Below are positions 41,833 to 52,647 of a stretch of 64,000 nt of DNA, piece by piece. This DNA is from Naegleria gruberi (taxonomy: Eukaryota): assembly GCA_000004985.1 (NCBI GenBank), contig GG738848.1. One strand, given 5' to 3'. Each line of letters starts with the position of its first letter. Position 1 is the first letter of the stretch. The notes beneath the pieces are model-generated. The model was not told where the DNA came from. It ran no database searches and worked only from the letters and a program-made list of their open reading frames with translations. The position numbers were made by a program, and so were the translations under genes.

Positions 41833-44069
41833 TTGGAATGTTCTTTTTTCTTTCCCTGACTGAAATAATTATATAAAAATCTTAAAAATCTAAAAGTATA
41901 GACAACTACAGATATTGGAAATACAAATCCAGAAAGGAAAATAAGTGTTCCTAACATGTATCCTGAACCCTTGTCGAATAGCAATTGTACCAAATAATCT
42001 CTTCTGTTGTAATATCTGGATTCAGATCCTTTAAGTTGGGCAATATTTCCATCGGGTTTCATCTCAATAATACCATAATTTCTTCGAATAGAATGTTGCA
42101 AAAGTGGCTCATCTTCATCATTAGTTTTTCTGACCAGATACCAATGATCGAGTGTTGGATTAGCAAAGAAGAAGAAATCTATCAAATTGGCCACAATAAT
42201 CTTGAATTCACTTGAAACTGTAGAAGCTATGGTCATTCCACTTGTTATCAACTGTTCGAAACATTGATCTGGTGATTTACAAATTCTTGACTTTAAAAAT
42301 TGATGAATATCTCCTCCAACAAATACTATTCTATAGGTACCGTATGTATTAGATAAATAATCAAGGAAATTAATGACATCTTGTTTGAAATCTGGGTGAG
42401 TGGTATATCTTTCCTTCTCTGCAGCATAAACAACACTAGAAAAAGTATCTCCAAAGAAAAGGATTGGTATTGAAGTGAAAATAAGTGCCCTCTTAATCTT
42501 GATCGATCTATTTTCATTATTCATGCATGTACTCAAGAATGATTGAAGCTCTTTAAGTTGCTTACTTCCAAATAATGGATGAGTAGAGTCTCCATTGAAC
42601 GTTCTTTCAAATCTCAGATCCATCAGTGCTATGCAAGCGATACCAATGTCTCTGAAATAATAAATAGGTTCATTACTCACCAATTCTTGTCTAGAACCTG
42701 CAACAAGAGAATCCTTGATCAATTGGTATTGATATTCAAAAAATACCTCCTTTCCTGCCAATATCATTCTCTTAAATTGTTGATTTGAGTCTTGTTCCAT
42801 CATCCATCTATCCAAGTTATTGATAATATCATGATCGTCTGGAATCATCAAGTGTGAACCGTGTCTTAAAATCCTCTGTACAGCATTATATTTCCATGTA
42901 TTTCTATAAACATATCTGAAAGCATTCACTAAATCATCAAAAGTGGCATCAGGATTAATCTTTTTTACATATTCATGATAAACCCAATCAGCATACTATT
43001 AAAGTTCAATATTTTCAAATTAGAATCCACTACTTACAACCTGATCTCCCAAATGGATAACATAATCCCATAAATTATTTTGGTGTTCAATGTAAAACTC
43101 ATCAAAGGTAGTGATATCTTCATCCTCAAAAAGCCTGTCACAACTCATAGCTGCAATCCTAACATTTGATGTCAGTGAAAATGGGTCTGTAGAAATTGTA
43201 CAAAAAGTAGCATAATCCTCATCTTCATTCACGCTCTCTAATCTAATAAATTCAACAGTATAACAAGTGTTTGGAATTAATGAAGTAAATTGTAAAACTT
43301 TAGGTCCTTCTCTATCTTTCACTTCCACAACTTGTCCATGAATATCCTTTCCATTAACAACTGTTCTCGTATCAGTTCTTCTCAAAACAATCTTATATTG
43401 AGATGTATGCTGTTTAGTCCATTCAAGTCTTTCTTGTTCTGTCATCATTAAATAAATAAATTCAAAATCATCCTTATTCTGCTTGTACATTTTAATATTC
43501 GATTTAGAAGCAAAAATAGTTTCAATTCTCTTCTTTACATCCACAAATAAACTAATATCTTGTGGATTCTGTAAATCTCTGATCACATATGGAGGTGCCC
43601 ATTCATACAATATCCTAGCAGAGGTATCTGTAACTTCACCAACAACAATCATGAGTGGATCTTTTTGTTGTGATGGTTTATGATGAACAACTTTTGAAAA
43701 CATTATACTATTTGCATAAGGTTGACTAGATACAAAATTAATCAAAGTACAAGCAAATAATACAATTACAATATATGCCATCCACCTCCTCTTATATACA
43801 TTCAATAAATTACTACTATTATTTACAACTTGGTCTCCTCCTCCTTCCATCAACAACAACATTTCGTTCCGAGACTTTAATTCATTCACCATCATTATCC
43901 TCCTCTCTCCTATACAATTCTTCTCTGATAAATTCAAAGTCTTGTCATGAAGAGCATCAACACTATCATGATTGCAATCAAATAAAAACATTCGAAGCCT
44001 CCTCATCGTCACTCCTTCATTATCTTGCATTTTTTTAGGTGTTCGGAAGAATTTCGTGCCCAATGACAA
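41829..44069 (-). CDS. PhoD-like metallophosphatase with an N-terminal membrane anchor. Two exons (44069..43038, 42995..41829).
   Basis: ORF 43020..44069 has a TM (WMAYIVIVLFACTLINFVSS) and ends ..HLGDQV. A 42-nt intron (GTAAGT..TTTAATAG, 42996..43037) joins in frame to ..YADWVYHEYVKK..RHGSHLMIPDDHDIINN.. and then VFVGGDIHQF. This reconstitutes the PhoD signature motifs GDQ(V/I)YAD, DDHD/E and GDIH. Its stop codon overlaps the stop of the cupin gene on the other strand. Confidence 0.7.
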
Positions 44070-44384
44070 GTTCCCTGCATTTTAGCCTTGTTGATTCAGA
44101 TGTTATCATTTGGAACAGATGACAGTTTCGATGTGGAACAGAGAAAGTAGTCGTTGTATTCGTTGTTATTGTTAAGGAATTGGATTTTTATTTGCAACTT
44201 CATTCTAATTTGCAAGTCGGATGTTTTAAAAATTATTCAATTAATTATATTTAAAAAAAATATTCAAAAGCTATTGCCCCATTCTCTCTTGTTGAAGTTG
44301 AATTTTTTGAGGTTTATATTGTTGAAGTGAAAATATTTTGGAAATAATTTATTTTAGTTTTTGTAAATAGTGTAAAATATTGGA

Positions 44385-45299
44385 GTGAAAATGTACAGAT
44401 CAGATTCGGAATCGGATTTAACTTCAACAGCAACAAATACTACGACATCTCGTATGACAAAGTCTACGAGTGCGTTTGATTTATCTGGGCAATCCTTGAG
44501 CAAACCAACTAGTTTTTACAAAAATCATAAATATCCAACCTATATGCAAAATTTACCTATTTGTAAATCATTGCAACGAGCTGAAGAAGTTAAAAAATTA
44601 AAACATTTAGTGTATCAAAGAGAAAAAGCAACTGATAGAATTAAAAATGATAGAAATGAATTGTTGGATTTGAGGACTTGCTTGATTGCATTCATAAATA
44701 TTAATCAAAAAGTTTCAAACCTTTCATCATTTGTGGAGAGAAACGAATTGAAGGCACTCTATCAAATCATAAGAACTGATAGAGATGACTTGAGAAAACA
44801 AGTGAAAGATTTAGAAAATGAGAAATCCACTCTCATTTCTGATATTCAAAAATTGAACGAGAGTCTGAATCAACTTGATCTTGATGTACAGAAATTCCAC
44901 TCTTCTATTGAAGAAAACTTTAAATCGAATTATTCCATTGATAACATTCATGAGAGGTTTGCTGATATTGATAAGGATGACCAGAATGAATCTTACAACA
45001 TCCCATGTACACACCCAACTCTTTTGAGAGGAATGTTACACATTTATACAAAATATTTAGCTTTTGAATCTATTGTAATAATGGGATCAAAGGAAGAAAG
45101 AACGTTAGTGATCCAAATTGATAATATTCAACAAATGAGCAAGTCACACAGTCTTTTGCATGACTGTGGCATTATTTTACACGTAACTGGTAAATCTAAA
45201 CAAAATGAAAAGATTGAATTTTCAGAGTTTAAGAATACAGAAGAAAGAGATAAGGCTTTCGATTTAATTTTTGGATTGGCATTCAATGCCAAAGAATAG
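44385..45299 (+). CDS. Hypothetical coiled-coil protein with a C-terminal GRAM-like domain
   Basis: The N-terminus is S/T-rich. A coiled region follows (LRKQVKDLENEKSTLISDIQKLNESLNQLDLDVQKF). The C-terminal about 90 aa (LLRGMLHIYTKYLAFESIVIMGSKEERTLVIQIDNIQQM..ILHVTGKSKQNEKIEFSEF) resemble a GRAM/PH-like fold. Confidence 0.4.
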   Translation: MKMYRSDSESDLTSTATNTTTSRMTKSTSAFDLSGQSLSKPTSFYKNHKYPTYMQNLPICKSLQRAEEVKKLKHLVYQREKATDRIKNDRNELLDLRTCLIAFININQKVSNLSSFVERNELKALYQIIRTDRDDLRKQVKDLENEKSTLISDIQKLNESLNQLDLDVQKFHSSIEENFKSNYSIDNIHERFADIDKDDQNESYNIPCTHPTLLRGMLHIYTKYLAFESIVIMGSKEERTLVIQIDNIQQMSKSHSLLHDCGIILHVTGKSKQNEKIEFSEFKNTEERDKAFDLIFGLAFNAKE

Positions 45300-45341
45300 A
45301 AGAACAATTAGATAAAGTACAAGTAGTTGTTATTCAATAAT

Positions 45342-46595
45342 TTATTGTTGGTTTGAGCTAGATCCAGAAGCAAATTGCATCTTTTCATCGTGCAATTGTT
45401 TTCTGGCCTTTTCTAATTCCTCTCGTTCTTGTTGCATGGCTTTTTCTAACTTTTCAAAATATTTAATCTTCTTTTCTAATTTCTTCAATTGTTGTTCAAT
45501 TACAAAAGCAACAAGTCTTTGTAATTCTCTTTCTTCTCTAGTGGCGATTTCTTTTGCTCTAGCAGCTGCAGCACCTATAGCAGCATTTGAGGCTGTTTGT
45601 ACATCTAGTTTTGAAATATCAAATTGTGGATTTGTTTTGACTTCTTCAGTAATTCCTGATTGTTCTTTAATTTTGTTGAGGGCTGCTTCAGCTGCTGCTG
45701 CAGCAACAGAAGGACTGACAGTTGAGGAAAGGAAGGCAACTGTGTGCATTATTGGATTACTGGCATCAGCAAATGGAAGTGGCAAATCTTGATATTGAGA
45801 ATTTTCAAGACCATCATGTTCTAAAAGGAATTCATCTTCAATTGGTAATTGTAAGAATTGAAGAACACATTCTTCTTTAGATCTAGTTTGAACATGTCTA
45901 GCAATACTTTCCCAATCATCTTTGAATTTTTCGACACCTTCTAAAAGTTTCAAAATTTCGTGATCTGTCCAATTTGAGATTGGTGGAGTAGGCTTAGGTT
46001 CTCTCTTTGGTTCTTGATTATTACTTTGGAAACAATAGAATTTTTCAGTTAATGATTGACCATCATTTGTATAATTATGTACTTGTACATCACTTCCATC
46101 TTCCAAAGGTTGATTTAATTTAATTGGTCGATTTCTTGGATCTAAACCATAGTTAATCAAACCCCAATGTTCTAAGAATGAATATACTCTAATTATTGAA
46201 GTTATATCGGCATTGATTATCTTTCTACAATCGGATGTTGTTAAATATACATCAGGGTTTCTTCTAAATTGTGTAATTATATTGTTTCTAATATTCACGT
46301 ATACTTCTGCTTTTTTCCCCTCACTAAAGAATTCTGGAAGACCATTAATTTCATTCTGATGGATTCCTTCAAGGTTAAACCAATTACTATGAACGGGTAT
46401 TGTTGTAGATAATTTTGTTTTCTTAAATTGTGATGATCCGTCTTCATCATGATGAAGAGCAACACCAGACTCTGTTAAATCTCTCTTAAGTCCTGATGAT
46501 GATGCTACAGATGAACTACCATTCATATTATCATTACCAACCACACTATCCAATCCGTCATCAAACTCAGCTAAAAAGTCCGTTGGGTTAGACAT
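45342..46595 (-). CDS. SWI3/SMARCC-like chromatin-remodelling subunit with SWIRM and SANT domains
   Basis: The SWIRM region is VHSNWFNLEGIHQNEINGLPEFF...YLTTSDCRKII. The SANT/Myb region is WTDHEILKLLEGVEKFKDDWESIARHVQTRSKEECVLQFLQLPIED. The C-terminus is a coiled coil. The start is taken at MSNPTDF (ATG 46593-46595). Confidence 0.7.
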   Translation of the reverse strand: MSNPTDFLAEFDDGLDSVVGNDNMNGSSSVASSSGLKRDLTESGVALHHDEDGSSQFKKTKLSTTIPVHSNWFNLEGIHQNEINGLPEFFSEGKKAEVYVNIRNNIITQFRRNPDVYLTTSDCRKIINADITSIIRVYSFLEHWGLINYGLDPRNRPIKLNQPLEDGSDVQVHNYTNDGQSLTEKFYCFQSNNQEPKREPKPTPPISNWTDHEILKLLEGVEKFKDDWESIARHVQTRSKEECVLQFLQLPIEDEFLLEHDGLENSQYQDLPLPFADASNPIMHTVAFLSSTVSPSVAAAAAEAALNKIKEQSGITEEVKTNPQFDISKLDVQTASNAAIGAAAARAKEIATREERELQRLVAFVIEQQLKKLEKKIKYFEKLEKAMQQEREELEKARKQLHDEKMQFASGSSSNQQ

Positions 46596-46830
46596 TTTTT
46601 TTTTATTTAAAAATATTCTTAAATTTAATTCGAAAATCAAAACAAGCCTTGCCACTCTGACAGTTTTTAATTTGAGAATACTTGAGTGGCTATTGATGGG
46701 AATTATACTTTGATCATTTAAGAGTTGATTATTCTCCTCAATTTTTCTTCAACTTACCAAGTGTATTCTCCCGCTGCTTGAAGAAAAAGCTTCGCAGATT
46801 TATTAAAATAAAAAATTTATTTATTAAAAA

Positions 46831-47644
46831 ATGAAGTCCATCGTCACCACCATCAACAGACTCAACAAGAACAACAAGTCATCATCAATTATTTGTACAA
46901 TTCAAAGCAGATGTTACTCTGAGGACGTTGCTAAATCTCAATTCAAGATTTCACCTTCTCAAGCTGCTAGAAATAAATTTATTGAATATAGAGCAAACAA
47001 TTTGGAAAATTATATGGGAATGGTTAATTTTGTTCCTGATGTTGCTCACATTGGTCAAAGACGTTGCCATAATCAAGTCATTCCACGTGATGCTCCTGCT
47101 CAACTTTCTAAATTAGGTTTGGATTTGTACACTAGAGTTACTCCAATCTTAACCTTCATTAAAAATGTTGCTTGGGATAACATGTGTTCTCATGATGTTG
47201 AATTCGTAAGTATTGATAACGGAAGTGATTGGAATTTTATTGTTCACATCAAAAATAATAATCTTACAGGTTGAAGAATGGGAATGTTGTCAAAAACAAT
47301 ACGAAAGAGACTCTTCTAAATTGACTGCTGAAGATAAGCAAATTCTTGATCCTATCATGAATAGAGCTACATTGTTGTGGAATGTTGCATTGCACGCTGA
47401 AAATATTTCTTCAATTTTAGCTACTTTGGGTATGAAGTACAGAAACACTTATTCTTATCCAGATGAAGATAAGGATATGATTTTAGATATTACTGCTGAA
47501 TATGTCGAATTGCGTGACAAGCATTGGGAAGATCGTGAAATCAGAGACAAGTTGGCCAATTCTATTTTCCAACGTTTGACTTTGTTGAAGCAAAAGATTG
47601 TTTTGCCTGAACTTACTATCAAATTCCCAAAGCTCTTTGTTTAA
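46831..47644 (+). CDS. Hypothetical protein, possibly a nuclear-encoded mitochondrial protein. Two exons (46831..47205, 47270..47644).
   Basis: ORF 46831..47274 ends at a GTAAGT donor after ..CSHDVEF. The acceptor TCTTACAG at 47269 joins in frame to VEEWECCQKQYE.. of ORF 47213..47644. The N-terminus is basic and hydroxylated (MKSIVTTINRLNKNNKSSSIICTIQSRCYS). No family was assigned. Confidence 0.4.
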
Positions 47645-47995
47645 ATTTCTTCTGACATTTTAAGGGTATTAATAATGTGTTTAAAGAGATTGTATTAATA
47701 AATTATTTTGAAAATTAATGAAAATTGTAATCATTGTTTCAGAATGGAAGAGTATTGTTGAATCCTCAGCATTCTAAATAAGGTGGAGCAAGTTCTCTTC
47801 CTTTTTCAAAAACAAAATAAACCTTAAATAAAAAGAATAAATAGTTTACTGATGCTGTATTATTGTTTACAAATATTTGATTGAATAATTTGATAATAAT
47901 CAATATCAAATTATTCACAGTTATTAATTAAATATACATTTTGGCGGCACTTGGGATGTGGAAAGTTTAAGTTTTTAGGAAAGATTTTTGAAGAA

Positions 47996-48583
47996 TTATT
48001 CATATTCCAAAATTGGTTCTCCTATAGCAGTAATCTTATCAATACTTGGAGGGAAATCGAATACTTTGGCCAATACAAGTTTGAAAAGCTTTTTGATGTT
48101 AATACCAGCAGCAGCGCTACAATAGATGAGAGGACACTTCATCTTTTCAGCATATTTTCTGGCTTGTGCTGTTATATCTTCTTGATCTTCCTTTGGGAGA
48201 TCAACAAACTTATCATACTTTGTACCAATCAAAAAAGGCAGAGCTCGTTTGTTATATTTTCGTGAGTGAAGGAACCAATCTTTAACGGAACGAAGTGTTT
48301 GTTTCCTTGTGAGATCAAACATAAAGAACAAAGCTAAGGAATCATTACAGACAAGGTCAAGCATGCTCATAAACTCTTTTTGACCTCCTAAATCCCAAAT
48401 CATTAGATTTACTTCCGTATTCTTGATTTGGACCTTCTTTTCCAAAAAGTTAACTCCAAGAGTCATAATATAATCCTCATCAAATTTACCATTAACATAT
48501 TTCACCATCAAACTTGTTTTACCAACTTGTACGTCACCAAGCATACCAACTTTAACCACGAATTGTTTGTTCTTACTAGACAT
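47996..48583 (-). CDS. Spg1/Tem1-like septation/mitotic-exit small GTPase
   Basis: It is 195 aa. The P-loop is GDVQVGKTSLM and the G3 box is WDLGGQKEF. The sequence FVVKVGMLGD..YDKF is characteristic of the Spg1/Tem1 branch, not Rab or Ras. The NKxD box is TKYD and there is no C-terminal CAAX. Confidence 0.8.
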   Translation of the reverse strand: MSSKNKQFVVKVGMLGDVQVGKTSLMVKYVNGKFDEDYIMTLGVNFLEKKVQIKNTEVNLMIWDLGGQKEFMSMLDLVCNDSLALFFMFDLTRKQTLRSVKDWFLHSRKYNKRALPFLIGTKYDKFVDLPKEDQEDITAQARKYAEKMKCPLIYCSAAAGINIKKLFKLVLAKVFDFPPSIDKITAIGEPILEYE

Positions 48584-49022
48584 TTTTACTACTATTTGTT
48601 GTTGTTATATCCGATGTTGTTGTTGTTATATGTTGTGATTTTAATAATTCAAGATCGGCACCTTCTTCGTCTCTTTTAAAAAACTTGTTGTTGATGGCGG
48701 CGAAAGAACAATATCGTAGATTATTTTTTTTGTGATGATAGGAGGGATTGGTGTTATGATGATGGTGATGTGGGCAACCTTTAAATGCATTGATGAGTTG
48801 TTGTGTGACCATTGATTACCTGCAGTGTTCAAGAACTTGACTGAGAAATCATCTAATTATCCTCCTGAGTCATTCATCATAAAGTATTAGATAAAACTTT
48901 GTTCATAAAACTGTTGTTGAACGATCAATAGACACAATGAATATCCTCCTATTTCCAATTACAATGTACAAATTTTTGAAATGTTGTAATAATAATAATT
49001 TAATTTTCTTCTAGATTTGAGC

Positions 49023-50102
49023 TTAGAGTAACATGAATGAAATCAATGAGAGGAGGGCAACAATTAATTGAAGGGCAGCAACTGAGGCATTGGATTTCTT
49101 ACTGCTTGCTGCAGTAGGAGTTGAGGATTTTCTGACACCAACGGCAACATTACTAGTTGCACCAACATCACCCACATAACTGAGCTTGGTGGCATCTAAC
49201 TTGACTTGATAGAGAGCATTAATAATAGGAGCAAGGTAGGCATGACAGAAATCAGCATTTAAGGTCTTGGTATATGGATCAGCACCCAAAGAAAAAGAGG
49301 TAATGTTGGCATTTGGGAAATTGCTTTTAGCAAGAGTTTCCATTGAAGTACCAGATTGAACACACAAATTGACTGTCTTTTGATTAAGATCACTCAAAGA
49401 TGAAATAGCAGAGCCAAGATTGCCTTTGACAACACCATTACCATCCTTAATATATGGACAAGTAAAATCAATCAAATCAGTTCTTGGAACAGTTTGACCT
49501 GAAGGGAGAGTTACTGTACCTTCAACTGACATACCACTCAAAATAAAATCAAATCTGAGATTACCCATATCAGTAATGAGATTACCAAAAACAGTGGTAT
49601 CATTGGTAAAGTAAGCTTGGAAAGGAACACCTGCATAATTCATACCAATTCTATAAGCAATAGAGGCAGCAATATCTTTAAAATTCAATTAGAACACATT
49701 AATACAGCACTATTTAAACTTACCAGCTTCGAAACCAGTGCATTTACCATAATTTGAACCTACAGCAGTGTAATTAAATCTTTTTGGAACATTCGCAACA
49801 CTGTTAGCACCAAAGAGAATATATTTACGTGCGAGAATACTGGCCATAGTAGAATCAGCTTGAAGGTCGGAAGCAGCTGGCCAAGTAGTATAATTTGTAC
49901 ATTTACTTGTTGGGGCATGGAGAATATTGTCACCAAAGTAAGATTGATGGATAGCATTGAACCCAATACTAGTTGTTGTATCAGCAAGGAAATCATAAAC
50001 AGCCTTGTTCAATGTTTTGGCAGCTGTTGACTGGGCACTGACAAGTGTAGCAGTGGTGGCAACTACACAACACAAAACGACAAGGAAAAATAAATTCTTC
50101 AT
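49023..50102 (-). CDS. Secreted, probably GPI-anchored protein with a bacterial periplasmic solute-binding (SBP_bac_3 / iGluR ligand-binding-like) domain. Two exons (50102..49724, 49674..49023).
   Basis: Exon 1 has a signal peptide (MKNLFFLVVLCCVVATTATLVSAQS). A 49-nt intron (GTAAGT..TTTTAAAG, 49675..49723) joins ..GFEAG|DIAASIAYRIGMNYAGVPF...RFDFILSGMSVEGTV..RTDLIDFTCPYIKDG..LSDLNQKTVNLCVQSGTS. This matches the SBP family 3 lobe pattern (G.E.D.A..IA...G.....fD.i..gms.T..R...vdFt.PY...g..........dL.gk.v.vq.GT). The C-terminus has an S/T-rich stalk and a hydrophobic tail (AALQLIVALLSLISFMLL), consistent with a GPI signal. Confidence 0.6.
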
Positions 50103-50347
50103 ATTTTCTATTTATCAGAATGTTATTTGATAAAAATATTATTATTAGATTGTTAAAAATTGTGTTGATGGCACGTTGAAACATACCAAAAAATAAAAGG
50201 AGCGATGATGAATTTTTTTTGTTCGGAGAGAACGACAAATCTCTCAATTTATGTGATTTTATGCACTTACAAAAGACATTAAAAACTGGAGACATTAGAG
50301 AAATTACAAAGATAATTCGGAGGTACCTTAGAAGGTTTTATTGAGGG

Positions 50348-52516
50348 TTAATAGATCGATTTGGCTTCCTTTCTGTAGGAGGATATTAATTGTTGTGGAT
50401 AGTGAAGAGAAAGCTTTTTGAGAATAACGTCCAATCTTCTTTGTCTTTTTCTTGATGTTTTTGGAACTTGTTGAATTATGAAATGTCTTGGCAAGACAAA
50501 GTATTGGAATTTTTGTAGAATCAAATTGGCGTGGTAAATAATCTTATCGTTGGTACTATCTTGTGTGTAGAGAGGCAAGTGAGATACTTGGCCAATTATT
50601 ACTGGCTCGAATGGATAACTTGCTTTGATTTGATAGGCTTTTTGACCTTGTGAAGAAACACTGACATATCTTGCAGTGTCAATAAATGCATTGTCTGAAT
50701 CAACTGGAGCGTATTCATTACTTTTGAATAGGGACTTTTTCAGAGTGGTAAATTCTTGTGGAATGTCAGTATTTTCATCATCTGATTGACTAATGAAAGA
50801 TGGGACAACAAATACAATCTTTTCCTTTTCTAAATATTGAGAGAGGGAAGGATACGATTCCATTAAATTTTGTGGAGATTTCCATAATCTGGTCTCAATT
50901 TTGGCGGAGATTGGTTCCAACTTGTCGAGTGGCTTGGAGGATTTGTCATGTACGAATAATTTCAAAAAGTCTCTGTTCAAATACTTGGAAATGACGCTAC
51001 TGGCATCTACTAGAGCAATCCATTTGGTTCTTGTCATAAGAATTGCTTCATTTCTTAGCAAATTAATAGGAAGTTTGTGTTCATCGAAAGTTGGAATCAC
51101 AATACACTTGTAATCAAATTTGACTTTCTTAGAGGATACAACAAGTTGAGTTAACTTTTCTGAGGAACAGTCACTTTGTGATTTAGAAGCTATGGAAACT
51201 ACCAAGTTATCACCTTCAGAGAGTCTCTTGATAAAATCGTTAATAAGAGGTATCTGAGAAATAGTGCAGTAGGTAGCAAATGTAAGACCGTTTTCAAGCA
51301 ATTCTGTTGAACGTTTTTCAAAATCGTGAGAAGGTGTCCATTCAATGGAGTAAGGTGAGGGAACAAAATAAATTGGAGGTGATGGGATTTCATCCTTAAC
51401 ATTGTTATAGGATTCCAATATGTTTGAGATGAAAGACTTGGTTATCATTCTTCTTATATCTACAATGGAAAAGCTGCTTTGATAGCTTGACTCTAAAGAT
51501 TTCTTTTCTAATTCATCTCTGACAAGTTCAATAATTTTGGAATTTTTCACCTTGAATTGATTATCTTCAGGAGAGGAAGTAGCAAACACAAACCACAATA
51601 ATTCAGGCACTTCCTTCTCAGTTAAAGGTTCTAATTTGCTGGAAGATACCCACTTGGTTTGTAATTTCCTGTTAATTGTCCTCGAGGATTTAGAAAGAAC
51701 ATTTTCAACATTGGTAAAGTATGGAGTATTCTTTTCAGAGTTCATTACATTGAATGCCAAAAGACCATAGTCAACATGCTCACCAAACAATGATTTTCTA
51801 TCTGATGTTTCTTTCAATAAATAATCTACTCTCTTATTATCTTGATTAACAAATATCGAAAATCCTGGCTCCAAAATCAAAACATATTCTGCCAATCTGC
51901 TTGTCGATTTTAATCCATTAGAAATCAATGCAGGAGCTTGGCATTTCTTGGCTGTAAAGACTCTAAACACGTCATAAAGTTCGGGATTGGAATATTTTGA
52001 CATGTGTAAATCCTTTTTTAAATCTTCACACATTGATATCGTCACTATAATTTGACTTTCTCTTAATTTATCTAATTTATCCAAATATTCCTTCTCAATC
52101 CAATCCATCTGTGAAACTGTTTCAACATATGAAATAATACCCAATTTACTCTTTTTAAAAACATCATCACCTGTTGGAAGATTAGGTATTTCCTCTTTAA
52201 CGTTCTCCCATTCAAATGTTTCCGTTCTACTAAATTGTAATGAAAAAATCAACAATATTATAAGTGGTATAGCAATAATTGCCACTAAAATCCATCGATT
52301 TGGTTTAGATGATGAAGCAGATTGTTTGTATTGTCCTCCTCCATACGAAGAATATTTACTATTGCCATAACTATAGGATGTTGAATGGGAGATTGGATTT
52401 TCATCAATAGGAGAAGCCAACTTTGTTGGTCGATTTCTCATTGTTAATGGTTGGGTGTAGGCACTTCCCGAAGTTGTGGTCAGAGATGAAAATTCTTCAT
52501 CATCACGAAAAGACAT
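50348..52516 (-). CDS. Hypothetical type II membrane protein (722 aa), possibly a Golgi glycosyltransferase-like protein
   Basis: It has a single N-terminal TM (WILVAIIAIPLIILLIFSL) after a short S-rich cytosolic head, then a large lumenal domain. No secure family motif was found. Confidence 0.4.
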   Translation of the reverse strand: MSFRDDEEFSSLTTTSGSAYTQPLTMRNRPTKLASPIDENPISHSTSYSYGNSKYSSYGGGQYKQSASSSKPNRWILVAIIAIPLIILLIFSLQFSRTETFEWENVKEEIPNLPTGDDVFKKSKLGIISYVETVSQMDWIEKEYLDKLDKLRESQIIVTISMCEDLKKDLHMSKYSNPELYDVFRVFTAKKCQAPALISNGLKSTSRLAEYVLILEPGFSIFVNQDNKRVDYLLKETSDRKSLFGEHVDYGLLAFNVMNSEKNTPYFTNVENVLSKSSRTINRKLQTKWVSSSKLEPLTEKEVPELLWFVFATSSPEDNQFKVKNSKIIELVRDELEKKSLESSYQSSFSIVDIRRMITKSFISNILESYNNVKDEIPSPPIYFVPSPYSIEWTPSHDFEKRSTELLENGLTFATYCTISQIPLINDFIKRLSEGDNLVVSIASKSQSDCSSEKLTQLVVSSKKVKFDYKCIVIPTFDEHKLPINLLRNEAILMTRTKWIALVDASSVISKYLNRDFLKLFVHDKSSKPLDKLEPISAKIETRLWKSPQNLMESYPSLSQYLEKEKIVFVVPSFISQSDDENTDIPQEFTTLKKSLFKSNEYAPVDSDNAFIDTARYVSVSSQGQKAYQIKASYPFEPVIIGQVSHLPLYTQDSTNDKIIYHANLILQKFQYFVLPRHFIIQQVPKTSRKRQRRLDVILKKLSLHYPQQLISSYRKEAKSIY

Positions 52517-52647
52517 TTTTTATGATGAATTTTATTATTTAATTAATATGATTCGGAGAATGTTTTATCAAACGTAAATATATTAAAAGTCTTTTGTTAC
52601 ATGATCCATTTAAGGACTATTAAATTATGAAATCACACAATTAAAAA

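Noticed and set aside
45436-45792. A 118-aa plus-strand ORF rich in Ala (AAAPIAAFEAV...AAAAATEG), lying inside the SWI3-like gene on the opposite strand
   Set aside because: It is antisense to a conserved SWIRM/SANT/coiled-coil coding region. Its low-complexity composition is what you expect from reading a coding strand backwards. It has no independent support.
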